Below, piece by piece: positions 39,361-54,358 of a stretch of 64,000 bases of DNA; position 1 is the first letter of the stretch; each line of letters begins with the position of its first letter. Source of the DNA: Eledone cirrhosa (Eukaryota); contig OZ024748.1 in assembly GCA_964016885.1 (NCBI GenBank), forward strand, positions 51,708,001-51,772,000. Direction: 5' to 3'. The translations under genes were made by a program, and so were the position numbers. The notes beneath the pieces are model-generated. The model was not told where the DNA came from and did no database searches. It was given only the letters and a program-made list of their open reading frames with translations.

Positions 39361-39863
39361 AGACTTGTTTAACCCTAGGGCAATCGAAAGGCTTTGGTAT
39401 CTCCAAAACTATGATAAAAAAAACAAACATTTGATAGATATGTTAAGCTCTGGTATTGAACCGAAGATCTCATATTTTCAGCATCCAACGGTACGAAGCT
39501 ATCAACTAAACAAAAGAGAAAAATGTTTACAAGAGCAGCCTTCTACAAGTGATTATTTTTGCTGGAGTTGTAACAATAACAGTTGCTTCATTAGTAACTG
39601 TTTAATTATTCCAATATAAGTAAAAGCACACAGTCTAATGGTTAGAGTTTTAGGCTCACAATTATAAAGTTGTGGTTTCAATCCACCAGGTGATGTTTTA
39701 AGTCCTAAAGACACAAAATACTTAATTTCATGATGTTACAGTTTACACAGCTGAGAAAGTGATTACCAACAGCAGCAGAAAGTTAATTTTACAATGGATT
39801 GGTGTCCCATCCAGGAGGGAGGCTTTTACTTTCAGTCATTGCTTCATCATCATTATTGTTTAA

Positions 39864-40052
39864 CGGTGGATTGGCAGTATCGGTAGAGGGTCGGACGCCA
39901 TGCATTGACGCATAGAGTTACGGCCCTCGCCATTCTGAGTTCAAATCCCGCCGAGGTTAACTTTGCCTTTCATCCTTACGGGGTCGATAAAATAAAGTAC
40001 CAGTAATACACTGGGTATTTGCTGGCCTTGTGCCTAACGTAGAAACAATTAT
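39864..40052 (+). mobile_element. SINE family A, full length, with TSD
   Basis: Consensus-like copy. ATTATTGTTTAACG flanks both sides; inserted into the tail of a minus-strand family B-like element. Confidence 0.9.
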
Positions 40053-40455
40053 TGTTTAACGTCTATATTCCACACTAACATGGATAGGATGGGAGGTCCC
40101 TTTGGGAGAGATCAGGTCAGGGACCATGATTTGCTCACACAGAACTGATTTTGGCTTTGTTTCTACAGCTGGATGTCCTTTCTAACGTCAACCACATTAC
40201 AGTGTGTGCTGGGCGCCTTTTGTTGCAATGCATACACGATCACTTTACAGTGTGGACTGGATGCTTTTTGCCATGACGCCTACATGATCACTTTACAAAG
40301 TGTGGACTGGATGCTTTTTGTCATGACGCCTACATGATCACTTTACAAAGTGTGGACTGGATGCTTTTTTTCATGACACCTACATGACCACTTTACAGTG
40401 TGGACATGGTGCTTTTTGTCGTGTCACCTACACGACCAATTTACAGTGTTGAGTG
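40053..40455 (-). mobile_element. Family B-like / RTE-tail element with expanded internal ~55-60 bp repeats (~5 units)
   Basis: CACTTTACA(AA)GTGTGGACTGGATGCTTTTTG.CATGACGCCTACATGAT repeated between ~40190 and 40450. Confidence 0.8.
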
Positions 40456-40933
40456 GGAAATTATATCCACTTTGTTATTTAGTTTTCATATATATATAGT
40501 AGGCATCCATGGGTAGTTTTGTACCCATCCACCCATCATTTCTGCAATCATTCTGTAAGTAATAAGGTTTGAACTGACAACCACCTGATCTGATGTTGTC
40601 TGGTCAGCAGTCAGTTAGATAAAGTAATTTAAACATTTCATTCATTGTACTACTCAATTAAACGTATAACAATGCAGCTACAACAACAAAAGAGAACAAA
40701 ATCTATAAGAAAAACAACAATAACAAGAAGAATGAAACAGTAAAATAAACAAAGTGTCCAACAATAACAAAGAAGATCAGTAATTAAGCAATGTAGACAG
40801 ATTGATTATTAGAGTGAGGAATTAATCAGAGAACTGATTCTTTCATTTCCAAGATAGACATTTATTTGCTTGTCATATAAAAACAAACAAATAAACAACC
40901 AAAAAACACACTCATCACACACACACAAACACT

Positions 40934-42345
<1,412 letters not shown>

Positions 42346-42759
42346 AACACGCACAGATGAAACAAAGTGTATAAAAGTCTAAAAGCAAAAAAAAACAAAC
42401 AATAATAATAACAACAACCCCAAAAAACAACTGTTTAAATGAACTTTGTAGACTGAAATAATTATCAAGTAAATAGAAAACACATGCACACACACACATA
42501 TCTGAGTGTGCGTGTGTGTGTGTGTGTGTATGTGTGTGTATATATAAACAGGTGTGTATATGTGAGTGTTTGTCTATCATTCAGTAATTGAGATTTCCTG
42601 TGCAGCTGCATCACACATCATTGCAAGGTTCAGTTGCAGCAGAGAAACTTGAGTAAAGGAGGAGGAGGAGGAGGAGAGGAGGGGAGAGGAGGGGGAGAAT
42701 TTCTTATATATCAAAGTGCTACACACACATATACGCAGATGCACACCTACAGGTATGTA

Positions 42760-42818
<59 letters not shown>

Positions 42819-42828
42819 CTGTGTGTAA

Positions 42829-42863
<35 letters not shown>

Positions 42864-44207
42864 CGTGCGTGTGTGTGTATGTGTGGGGGTATGTACATGT
42901 ATTTTCTTCTCAAATTAACTAACTCTATACTAGTTTACAAAAAAGAAAAATTACAACATGTATTGAGGCACTTTAAATGTTTCTCAAGTAATGAGAAAAA
43001 TCAAATACATCAGCTTCAATTATACAGCAGAGATCTTGTCTTAATATCTGTGTCTTTTTCTTCTATGTTAGTATTGGTTGGTGTTGGGTTTGTTTGTTGC
43101 ACAACATACTACTTTCTGCATATAATTAAATATAAGATGTTTCTCAATATAAACCGATTCCACACCATTTTTTTAGATTTTTGTGAAAAATATCAAAAAA
43201 TTATGTAAGAATTTTTTTTAATCACTCAAATTCTTTCATTGCTATATTTAAATTGATAAACAGTGTCAATGAGTTTAAAATAATTTTGAAAATAAAGAAT
43301 TAAAAGAGATTTCATATTATACCATATATAATTGAATATTTGTATTGACAAATAAGAGCTGACCCCACTATTTTATTACCGAGGAAAGGGATAAAATCCA
43401 AACTTTATTTATGTAGAATTTGAAGTTAGTGGAAATCATTAAAATATTGACCCCGAGTCCAATCCATCCCCTTCGTACCATCAATTTTTTGGTCACACAA
43501 TCCTTTGTTTATATTTGAGTATATATGGTAACTAGTTATCACATTAGCATTTAAACTGCTGTTTCTGGCCAGAATTCTCTCACCTCTCTCTGTTCAAACT
43601 GGCTGTAACCGGCCATTCATACCGATGTTAATGTATTGATCTCAAAATAAATAATATCAAAATCTCATAGATTCGATATTGTGTGAGATAATTGTGTAAG
43701 ATAAAAGTATAGAGTAATGTAAATGTAAATGTGTTAACTGGTTTTTGGAGCATCACCTAACTATTGTGTTGTTATATTTCTAATGAAAGGCACTGCCTAT
43801 TAGTTTCAAATCATTTTCAAAATAATAAAAGATTTGGAGGGATTTAGTCCAACAACTTGGTTTCTACTTATTTACTTTCATTACCATATTTCAGATGAAA
43901 AGCACTATCAATGATTTTCAAATAATTTTGAAAATAATCAAGAATTGGAATGGAATTTTAATGTTTAATGCTTTCATTACCATATTTCTAATGAAAGGCA
44001 CTGCCTATGAGTTTCAACTCATTTCGAAAATAATCAAGAATTTAGGGGGATTTAATATTAGAACTTCTTGCTTTATTAATTTGGTATTTGAAGAATAATT
44101 GAAGAATTTTTTTTAATTTTTTTTTACATAAAATGATGATGGAAGAATTTTAGATAAATATAAGCACTTTTAAATAAACAGCTTTGTATCATAGATATTC
44201 ACGTGGC

Positions 44208-44424
44208 TTAACCCTTTAGCATTTAAACCAGCCATACCTGGCCAGAATTCCCTCACATTTTTCTTTTCAAACTGGCTGTAACTGGTTACTCATAGTGATA
44301 TAAAGGTATAAATAATATAAAAATCAGAAAGATTTGATATTATGTGAGATATTATGTGAGATAAAACCTTTTTCTGTGAAAATACAATAGTAAATATAAA
44401 GTAATGTAAATGCTAAAGGATTAA
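44208..44424. mobile_element. piggyBac-type MITE
   Basis: TTAA-CCCTTTAGCATTTAAA ... TAAATGCTAAAGGA-TTAA. A degraded copy lies at ~43545-43740. Confidence 0.8.
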
Positions 44425-45397
44425 TCTCCAATTATCACTGACTGAGCGCACCTATGATCAAAGCTAGCCTAACAGTTGTCATCTCCCCCCACCCCCCACC
44501 CGAAAAAAACTCACTGTGCATCCAAGACTATATTATCCATCAAATGAACCCTTTATTTTCTAAGATAGCATGGTTTAGTTTGAAGGAAATATGGCTACTC
44601 TATCTAGCAGGTCAAGTAACCACAAAGAAGTGTCCTTCTTAGCTCAGGTTCTTGCGTAGTTATATTGTTATTTTTGTATTGCTCCATGTTTGCGTTGATT
44701 AAACAGGTCAATGATCAATGATATCCCAAGTGTGACTACCATTTTCTACCCAACAGTGCAAACTGCACATAGGCAAGGCTTATAAGAAAAGGTGGCAGGT
44801 CAGCCTGTATTTAAGTCTAGCCAGGGTCTGCAAAATCAAGAGATCTATGAATTTTGAAAAAAACTTCCTCTTGCCATGGGATCTGAAAGAAATAATGCTT
44901 TTCCTTGCAGAATTTCTCTCAAACGCCTGAAAAAAGGGATCACATTATCTAATGTATTCCTTTATAACATGGTAATGAAATTGGAAATGAAATATTTATG
45001 CACTAAGGGTTGTTTCAGTGAGGTAGTTACTGTAGTATAGAGAAGTACAATATGGTGGAAGGGAACATAATATAGTGTGGTAGAGTTGGTTAATTTCATT
45101 AACAACTTTCATATATACCCGAATGTTAAATTATCTGATGAGAGAGCTTTGTTTTGCCTTGTTCGAAATAACAGCCGAAACCCTTCACAAATTAAATACA
45201 CCTCACCACCGCCATCTTACAAATGTGCACTGGATAATGGGATCTTAGGTACCATGATAAAAATAATGGGATAGGTCTGCTCCTTCAAGGTTGACCTTGG
45301 GTTTAAACATCAACTAAATATTAATGTATATTACAACACTGACAATATTGAGCTCAGCAAGATTTGAACACAGAAATCAAGGAGCTGGGATATATAT

Positions 45398-45434
<37 letters not shown>

Positions 45435-45723
45435 CATACATACAAAGGCACTTCAGTTGAGATGCTAATTTAATATCTAGGATGCATTATCTTAACTCAT
45501 AACATCCTGTATCATCTGAAACAACATTTACAAGATAGTGTTGAAAAGTACATCAAAAGTGCACCATGACTGCATCACATTACAGGCTAAAGTCTGCTGC
45601 AAATGTATAGTAAATCTACTATAAACATTTGAGAACGCCTAACATATTTTTTTATATATTTTCAACTAAATCTTTACAGAATGTTAAAAGTTAATATCCA
45701 ATTTCCAATATATCTATATATAA

Positions 45724-45962
45724 AACCCGCCAGACAGTTCACGCTGTAATGTGGCCGTGTAGGCAACACGGTAAAAACCTCCCAGCCCCACACTGTAAAT
45801 GTGGTTGGTGTTAGGAAGGGCATCCAACTGTAGAAAACCCGCCAGACAGTCCTATGCGAGCAAGACAACCACTCTTGCCTCAAGTGGGAAAACCCCCGTC
45901 CAAACCCATGCAAGCGTGGAACACGGACGCTAAACCTGATGATGATGATGATGATGATGATA
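45724..45962 (+). mobile_element. RTE 3'-UTR fragment (same family as 19150-19366)
   Basis: CGCTGTAATGTGGCCGTGTAGG..ACACGGTAAAAAC...GAGCAAGACAACCA.TCTTGC.TCAAGTGGGA...(GAT)n; left flank TA-rich. Confidence 0.85.
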
Positions 45963-46118
45963 AATAATAATATAATAATGAAATTATTGTGTACAGTGCT
46001 CAGGTGCACTACAAATGTGTCAGAGAGCGAGGTCTTCCTAACTGTCTAGGCTTGTATCAATGTGTCATCGGAGCAGCTATGAGGATATCTATAACATCTG
46101 TCAACATACATATACATA

Positions 46119-46310
46119 TTATAGAAATGAGTTTTACCGGGCTAGAACTGTTTCATTCATGAGAAATCATCAAGAAAGTTTTTTCCTGATGATTGCTTAT
46201 TAATGAAACAGTTCTAGTTGTGTAGAAGTCATTTTTATGATAAAATAAATATGCCTATATTCTACTAAAGTACTGAGTAACTTTTTCAAGTATGGTCACC
46301 TCCTTATATA
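46119..46310 (+). mobile_element. Short Penelope-pLTR/retrozyme-like element with a type I hammerhead-like motif and an inverted 5' duplication
   Basis: CTGATGA at 46186-46192, GAAAC at 46205-46209, GTA triplet at 46222-46224. 46119-46177 is an imperfect reverse complement of 46181-46240. Related copies at 54841-54900 and 59720-59900. Confidence 0.6.
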
Positions 46311-46333
46311 CATTGAATCCACCAATATGTATG

Positions 46334-46385
<52 letters not shown>

Positions 46386-46611
46386 CATGTATGTATATAT
46401 ATATATATATATATACATATTTATATTAGTGAGGCCCTGGACATTAAGCTTTTCCATTGAGAATCACAAGTATGTTACATAATTGATGTTATGATACCTT
46501 AAATATGTGTGTATGTATATATATATTGTAGGACAAAAATCGGCATAAATATCCAAGTTCAGAGCATTCAGTCCTTAGGACAATTTATGTACAATCAGTT
46601 ACAACAGTGTG

Positions 46612-46680
<69 letters not shown>

Positions 46681-47092
46681 TTCATCCTCAGTGTATACTG
46701 ATTAATGTTCAGAGCCATCCTCAGCATTCTCGCGTAGCACCCATCCACCATCTGAGTGAGTTTCTTGGTCAGTGTCCAAGTCTCAGACCCGTGTCAGTGT
46801 CCAAGTCTCAGAGCTGTATGGGAGCCTCCCAAAAGTCAGCTCAAAAGTGACACAGAGGAGACTGAGGTTAGCTGGACATGCTCACCGACATCCAGAGTTG
46901 ACATTGCACTCAGTGTTCCTGTGGGAGACCATACATGGACACACTGGAAGTGAAAGACCAAGGTTAATGTATGTTGATGCCCTAAGGACAGACGCTGGTC
47001 TGTTGGAGATGCAGGACATGGCAGCAATAATGAGGGACAGAGACCGCTGGAGAGAACTCGTCCATGGATCTCGGGAATTTTACCCGCCCTAG
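46681..47092 (+). mobile_element. RTE-clade LINE 3' end with 5' inversion, inserted in (TA)n
   Basis: Plus strand 46811-47092: ELYGSLPKVSSKVTQRRLRLAGHAHRHPE...DRDRWRELV. Minus strand 46793-46681: HGSETWTLTKKLTQMVDGCYARMLRMALNINQYTLRMK, the segment normally just upstream. Confidence 0.9.
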
Positions 47093-47349
47093 ATATATAT
47101 ATATATATATATATAAACTCTGTACAAAGTGTTTGAATTGTTTGTTTTATGGGTTTATTTAGAGACATCTGATTGGGAAAGGACTGCCAACAACACAAGA
47201 TGACTGTTAGATGACTGCTTACTGTTGCTACAACTACTTCTACTATTTCATAAATATATGTCAAGTGATGTGAACTACTCATCTGCTACACTTCATTATT
47301 GAACTTATTGAGAAAATAATATATTTGAAAAACAAAACAAATTATAATT

Positions 47350-47648
<299 letters not shown>

Positions 47649-48129
47649 AAATACTCCTAATTTGTGAAGGAAGATAAAGATTATTAAATTGTAAGAAAGG
47701 TGAAGAAGATTTGTTTAAATTAGGCAAAGAGATAGGACACTTGCATGAAGTGGCTTCCTCTTCAATGGAGGGGATTTAAGCATCTACATGAAAGCTCTCT
47801 AGTTGAATACTAATGCTGCCTATGTAAACTATTCTTCCTCTCAACATAATACCGATTTCCTATTTCAATTAATTTGGACTCTGGTGCATCAACTAATTTC
47901 ATGAAAAGTTTTTGTATTTTTTTACTTTTTTCATCTTTAGAGTGAAATCCCAGGCAAAATCTTATGAAAGACCAACAGTTGACCATGCAGAGCAAGTCTG
48001 CTTTCTCCATCCAACTGATGTTGTCCCAAGGAAAAGCAAGGGCTTAAACATCATGGCAACTAAGTTATTATAAGCATACAAAGAGTAAGAAGAACTAGAA
48101 GAAATTACATAAACAATTTTACTAATTCA

Positions 48130-48625
48130 CCACTACTACTACTGCCATCTCAACCACAGTATTTACCACTACCACTATCACTATCACCACCACTGCCATC
48201 ATCACCTCTATTGCCATCACGACTGCCACACTCGCTACTACCACTACCACCACTAACCTTTACCACCACCACTGCCACTACCACCACTACCATCACCACT
48301 ACGATCGCCACCACAACTGCCACTACCATCACCACTAGCATCACCACCACCACCACCAGTACCACCACCACTGCCACTACCACCACTACCATCACCACTA
48401 CAATCGCCACCACAATGGCCACTACCATCACCACTAGCATCACCACCACCACCACCACCAGTACCACCACCACTGCCACTACTACCACCACTACTACCAG
48501 TACCACCACCATCACCACCACCACTGCCACCACTACCATCACCACTGCCACCACTACCACCACCATCATCACCACTACTGCCACACTCACCACTACTACC
48601 ACTATCACCACCACTGCCATCACCA
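48130..48625. repeat. (CAC/CTA)n trinucleotide tract
   Basis: Visible directly; the poly-Thr/Val/Gly ORFs are artefacts. Confidence 0.95.
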
Positions 48626-48696
48626 TGAACTGTTACCTTATATTCATAAAACCTCAGAAGGACATAAGGCAAAGTTGAGCTCAACTCACTCACCAG

Positions 48697-50995
48697 GCAA
48701 TGATCAACTCAAGACTAGAATAGAAGTCACTTGCTCAAGCTACAACAGATTAGAATAGAAGCCAGAGACTTGTGATGAAAAGCAATGATCAACTCAAGAT
48801 TAGAATAGAAGTCACTTGCTCAAGCTACAACAGATTAGGATAGAACCCAGAGACTTGTGATGAAAAGCAATGATCAACTCAAGACTAGAATAGAAGTCAG
48901 TTGTTCAAGCTACAACAGATTAGAATAGAAGCCAGAGACTTGTGATGAAAAGCAATGATCAACTCAAGACTAGAATAGAAGTCACTTGTTCAAGCTACAA
49001 CAGATTAGAATAGAAGCCAGAGTCTTGTGATGAAAAGCAATGATCAACTCAAGACTAGAATAGAAGTTAGTTGTTCAAGCTACAACAGATTAGAATAGAA
49101 GCCAGAGACTTGTGATGAAAAGCAATGATCAACTCAAGACTAGAATAGAAGCCACTTGTTCAAGCTACAACAGATTAGAATAGAAGCCAGAGTCTTGTGA
49201 TGAAAAGCAATGATCAACTCAAGACTAGAATAGAAGTCAGTTGTTCAAGCTACAACAGATTAGAATAGAAGCCAGAGACTTGTGATGAAAAGCAATGATC
49301 AACTCAAGACTAGAATAGAAGTCAGTTGTTCAAGCTACAACAGATTAGAACAGAAGCCAGAGACTTGTGATGAAAAGCAATGATCAACTCAAGACTAGAA
49401 TAGAAGTCACTTGCTCAAGCTACAACAGATTAGAACAGAAGCCAGAGACTTGTGATGAAAAGCAATGATCAACTCAAGACTAGAATAGAAGTCACTTGTT
49501 CAAGCTACAACAGATTAGAATAGAAGCCAGAGACTTGTGATGAAAAGCAATGATCAACTCAAGACTAGAATAGAAGTCAGTTGTTCAAGCTACAACAGAT
49601 TAGAATAGAAGCCATAGACTTGTGATTAAAAGCAATGATCAACTCAAGACTAGAATAGAAGTCACTTGCTCAAGCTACAACAGATTAGAACAGAAGCCAG
49701 AGACTTGTGATGAAAAGCAATGATCAACTCAAGACTAGAATAGAAGTCACTTGTTCAAGCTACAACAGATTAGAATAGAAGCCAGAGACTTGTGATGAAA
49801 AGCAATGATCAACTCAAGACTAGAATAGAAGTCAGTTGTTCAAGCTACAACAGATTAGAATAGAAGCCATAGACTTGTGATTAAAAGCAATGATCAACTC
49901 AAGACTAGAATAGAAGTCACTTGCTCAAGCTACAACAGATTAGAACAGAAGCCAGAGACTTGTGATGAAAAGCAATGATCAACTCAAGACTAGAATAGAA
50001 GTCACTTGTTCAAGCTACAACAGATTAGAATAGAAGCCAGAGACTTGTGATGAAAAGCAATGATCAACTCAAGACTAGAATAGAAGTCACTTGCTCAAGC
50101 TACAACAGATTAGAATAGAAGCCAGAGACTTGTGATGAAAAGCAATGATCAACTCAAGACTAGAATAGAAGTCACTTGTTCAAGCTACAACAGATTAGAA
50201 TAGAAGCCAGAGACTTGTGATGAAAAGCAATGATCAACTCAAGACTAGAATAGAAGTCACTTGCTCAAGCTACAACAGATTAGAATAGAAGCCAGAGACT
50301 TGTGATGAAAAGCAATGATCAACTCAAGACTAGAATAGAAGTCAGTTGTTCAAGCTACAACAGATTAGAATAGAAGCCATAGACTTGTGATTAAAAGCAA
50401 TGATCAACTCAAGACTAGAATAGAAGTCAGTTGTTCAAGCTACAACAGATTAGTATAGAAGCCAGAGACTTGTGATTAAAAGCAATGATCAACTCAAGAC
50501 TAGAATAGAAGTCACTTGTTCAAGCTACAACAGATTAGGATAGAACCCAGAGACTTGTGATGAAAAGCAATGATCAACTCAAGACTAGAATAGAAGTCAC
50601 TTGCTCAAGCTACAACAGATTAGAACAGAAGCCAGAGACTTGTGATGAAAAGCAATGATCAACTCAAGACTAGAATAGAAGTCAGTTGTTCAAGCTACAA
50701 CAGATTAGAATAGAAGCCATAGACTTGTGATTAAAAGCAATGATCAACTCAAGACTAGAATAGAAGTCAGTTGTTCAAGCTACAACAGATTAGAATAGAA
50801 GCCATAGACTTGTGATTAAAAGCAATGATCAACTCAAGACTAGAATAGAAGTCAGTTGTTCAAGCTACAACAGATTAGTATAGAAGCCAGAGACTTGTGA
50901 TTAAAAGCAATGATCAACTCAAGACTAGAATAGAAGTCACTTGTTCAAGCTACAACAGATTAGGATAGAACCCAGAGACTTGTGATGAAAAGCAA
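48697..50995. repeat. 85-bp tandem satellite, ~27 copies, SINE-head-derived
   Basis: GCAATGATCAACTCAAGACTAGAATAGAAGTCACTTGTTCAAGCTACAACAGATTAGAATAGAAGCCAGAGACTTGTGATGAAAA starts at 48697, 48782, 48867 and onward. Confidence 0.97.
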
Positions 50996-51409
50996 GCTCA
51001 TAAACTACAGATATATATGAATATTAAATAACATTTTCTTGTATTTTCAAACTTTACTTATTTTATTAAATTGGTTTCTTTATTCTCTTCATATTATTTT
51101 TATTTTAGAAAACATATTTTCCATACATTATATTTATATAATTTTGTTATTTCACTCAGATATCCTCATTATTATTATTTCACATTTTGTATTTTTTAGA
51201 GGTGGGATTCCTTTTCTATTATATCATTACTTATTAATACATATGGATAGATATTTTTCTTCATAGAGTTGTTGTTGTTTTTGGTGGTGGTGCTGTGATA
51301 CTGATGTTTCTTTAGAGGGAATTGAAACTAGGAGGATGGGATGAGAGTTAATGATGGCAAGATGAAATATTTCTCAGTTTTGAGAGACACTCATACAAAT
51401 AGGGAAATA

Positions 51410-51955
<546 letters not shown>

Positions 51956-52575
51956 TGTGTGCGTGTTTGTGTAAATGATTAGAGAAAGAGACAAGAGAGG
52001 GAATGAGTAATATATATACAAACAATACAAGAATTCAAGCAAGAGAACAACTGATAATGAGAGACCAAAAGAATATTTCCCAGAATTCACTATTGTGTTC
52101 TGAGGCAAAGTTCACTCCAGCATTACTTATTACTCAGGTGCCAAGTGAATATATTCATCTTGTTTATTATTGCTTTTGTTTATTTAGTGCACAAAATAAT
52201 TTTTGATTTGAATTTTTACCATCAGAGTGTTAGTCAAAAGAATCATTTTTTTCTACACATTTATCTTTTATTTTGTATACATAATTATATATATATATAC
52301 ATATTTATATATATATATATATATATATACATATATATGTAGACATAATTATATTTATATATACATAATTATATATAAATATATATATATATATATACAT
52401 ACATAATTATAGATATACACATATACATATAATATATATATATATATATATAAATATATAAATATATATATAGTTTATTTACTTATTTTACATACAGTAA
52501 TCTATGTTTTCTTTTATTTTGTTTGAATATGAATTATTTTCTTTTGTCTTATATACATGTATTTGTGTATCTGTG

Positions 52576-52612
<37 letters not shown>

Positions 52613-52962
52613 GATATATAGATATATTTGTGTGTGGGAAGAGGTGAGTGAGAATGGGAATATTTTCGACAAATTTTGTTTTTTAATAATGAAACATTCT
52701 CAATTGTATTTTTTTTTAAATGCACCTTAGGAGTTCTTTTGTGTATTATCTTTTTTTAATTTTAAGAGAAAATTATTCTTCGTTACATATTTTTTCCTTC
52801 TTGTACTTTAACATTGATGAGAGTGTACTTGTTATTTTGGTTGTTGTTAATGTTATCATTAGTGTTATTGTTGTTGTTGCCATTATTGTTATCTTATTAC
52901 TATTATTGTACATACATATTTTATGTATTAATTTTTGTCTGTGTTATTACAAATACACACAC

Positions 52963-53000
<38 letters not shown>

Positions 53001-53085
53001 TACATATACACATACATATATATATACATATACACATATATATACATATATACATATATACATATATACACATACACATATATAC

Positions 53086-53117
<32 letters not shown>

Positions 53118-53480
53118 ATGTGTGTAAATATGTTATTTTTTTCACCCTTTTGTATTCTTTAGCATTCTTTCATTCTAGCCTCTGATTTCTGAGAGTAAGA
53201 GAATGGAAAGTAATAACTATGATGATAATGGTGATAATAATAGTTGTAATAATAACAACAACAATAATAATAATAAACTTCATTTGTAATAAGCTTTCAA
53301 ATGACTCGTGCGTCTGTAATTTTAACATTAGCCAAGCATATTTGCAAATTATTCATCAGAAAAATATAAAGAATGAAATAAACATTCTTCAGGAAGCCTG
53401 TAAATTAAATTGAAGGGCATATATATATATATATGTGTGTGTGTGTATACATACACAGGCAAACACTTATACACACACAC

Positions 53481-53547
<67 letters not shown>

Positions 53548-53942
53548 CATTCACAGGCAAACACTTATACATACACACATGTATATATATATGTACACAC
53601 CGAAATTTATTTAAAGTTGCTATACATATGAAATTCCTTGGGTATGTATGGGGTGTACATATATATATAAGTTTATATTAGAGATCTAATATTGTACATA
53701 ATATAATGCCTATTATAATAGTAATGGCTTATTATACATGAAACAACTTATTATACATGCATTCAATCTGTAAATATTCAAATTCTAAAGCTCTGATCTC
53801 CAACGAAATGTAGGAAAAACTTGATGTAGCAGCCCCTGTTTCATCTCAGAGTGAATATTTAATGTTATAGCAGGTGAAATGAGAAGTTGTGATGTTTATG
53901 CCGTTTCCACATAGCCTTTGCCAGCTGATCCCAGTGAGCATA

Positions 53943-54177
53943 CAGGCAAATCTACAGAGTAACAAGACTCAAACATGGCTGTAATAATAGAAATATTACT
54001 GTATATAGTCAAATATAAGCCAATCTGAATATAAGCTGACCTGCCACCACTATTCTATGTCTGAGAATAGTGGTGGTAGGGCAGCTTATATTCAAATTGG
54101 CTTATATTTGACTATATACAGTAATATTTCTATTATTACAGCCATGTTTGAGTCTTGTTACTCTGTAGATTTGCCTG
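53943..54177. repeat. Inverted repeat with 114-bp arms and a 7-nt loop
   Basis: 53943-54056 versus 54064-54177, three mismatches, loop ATGTCTG. Confidence 0.97.
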
Positions 54178-54179
54178 GT

Positions 54180-54358
54180 GAATTGGCAGTATCGGTAGAG
54201 GGTCGGACGCCATGCTTTCCAGCATAGTTACGTCCCTTTACGGTCTGAGTTCAAATCCGGCCGAGGTTAACTTTGCCTTTTATCCTTACGGGATCGATAA
54301 AATAAAGTACCAGTAATGTACTGGGTAATTTGCTGGCCTTGTGCCGAAAGTAGAAGCA
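54180..54358 (+). mobile_element. SINE family A, slightly 5'-truncated
   Basis: Consensus-like. 19-bp TSD ACTATTCTATGTCTGAGAA at 54049-54067 and 54359-54377. Confidence 0.9.

Noticed and set aside
45019-45040. let-7-like TGAGGTAGTTACTGTAGTATAG
   Set aside because: Only the first 9 nt match and there is no complementary arm to form a precursor.
45135-45170. CTGATGAG…CGAAA hammerhead-like string
   Set aside because: No stem III or cleavage triplet, and the GAAA belongs to a different dispersed repeat (GAAATA.CAGCC.AA).
48697-50995. CRISPR-like regular array
   Set aside because: Units are contiguous and near-identical with no unique spacers, there are no cas genes, and the context is eukaryotic.
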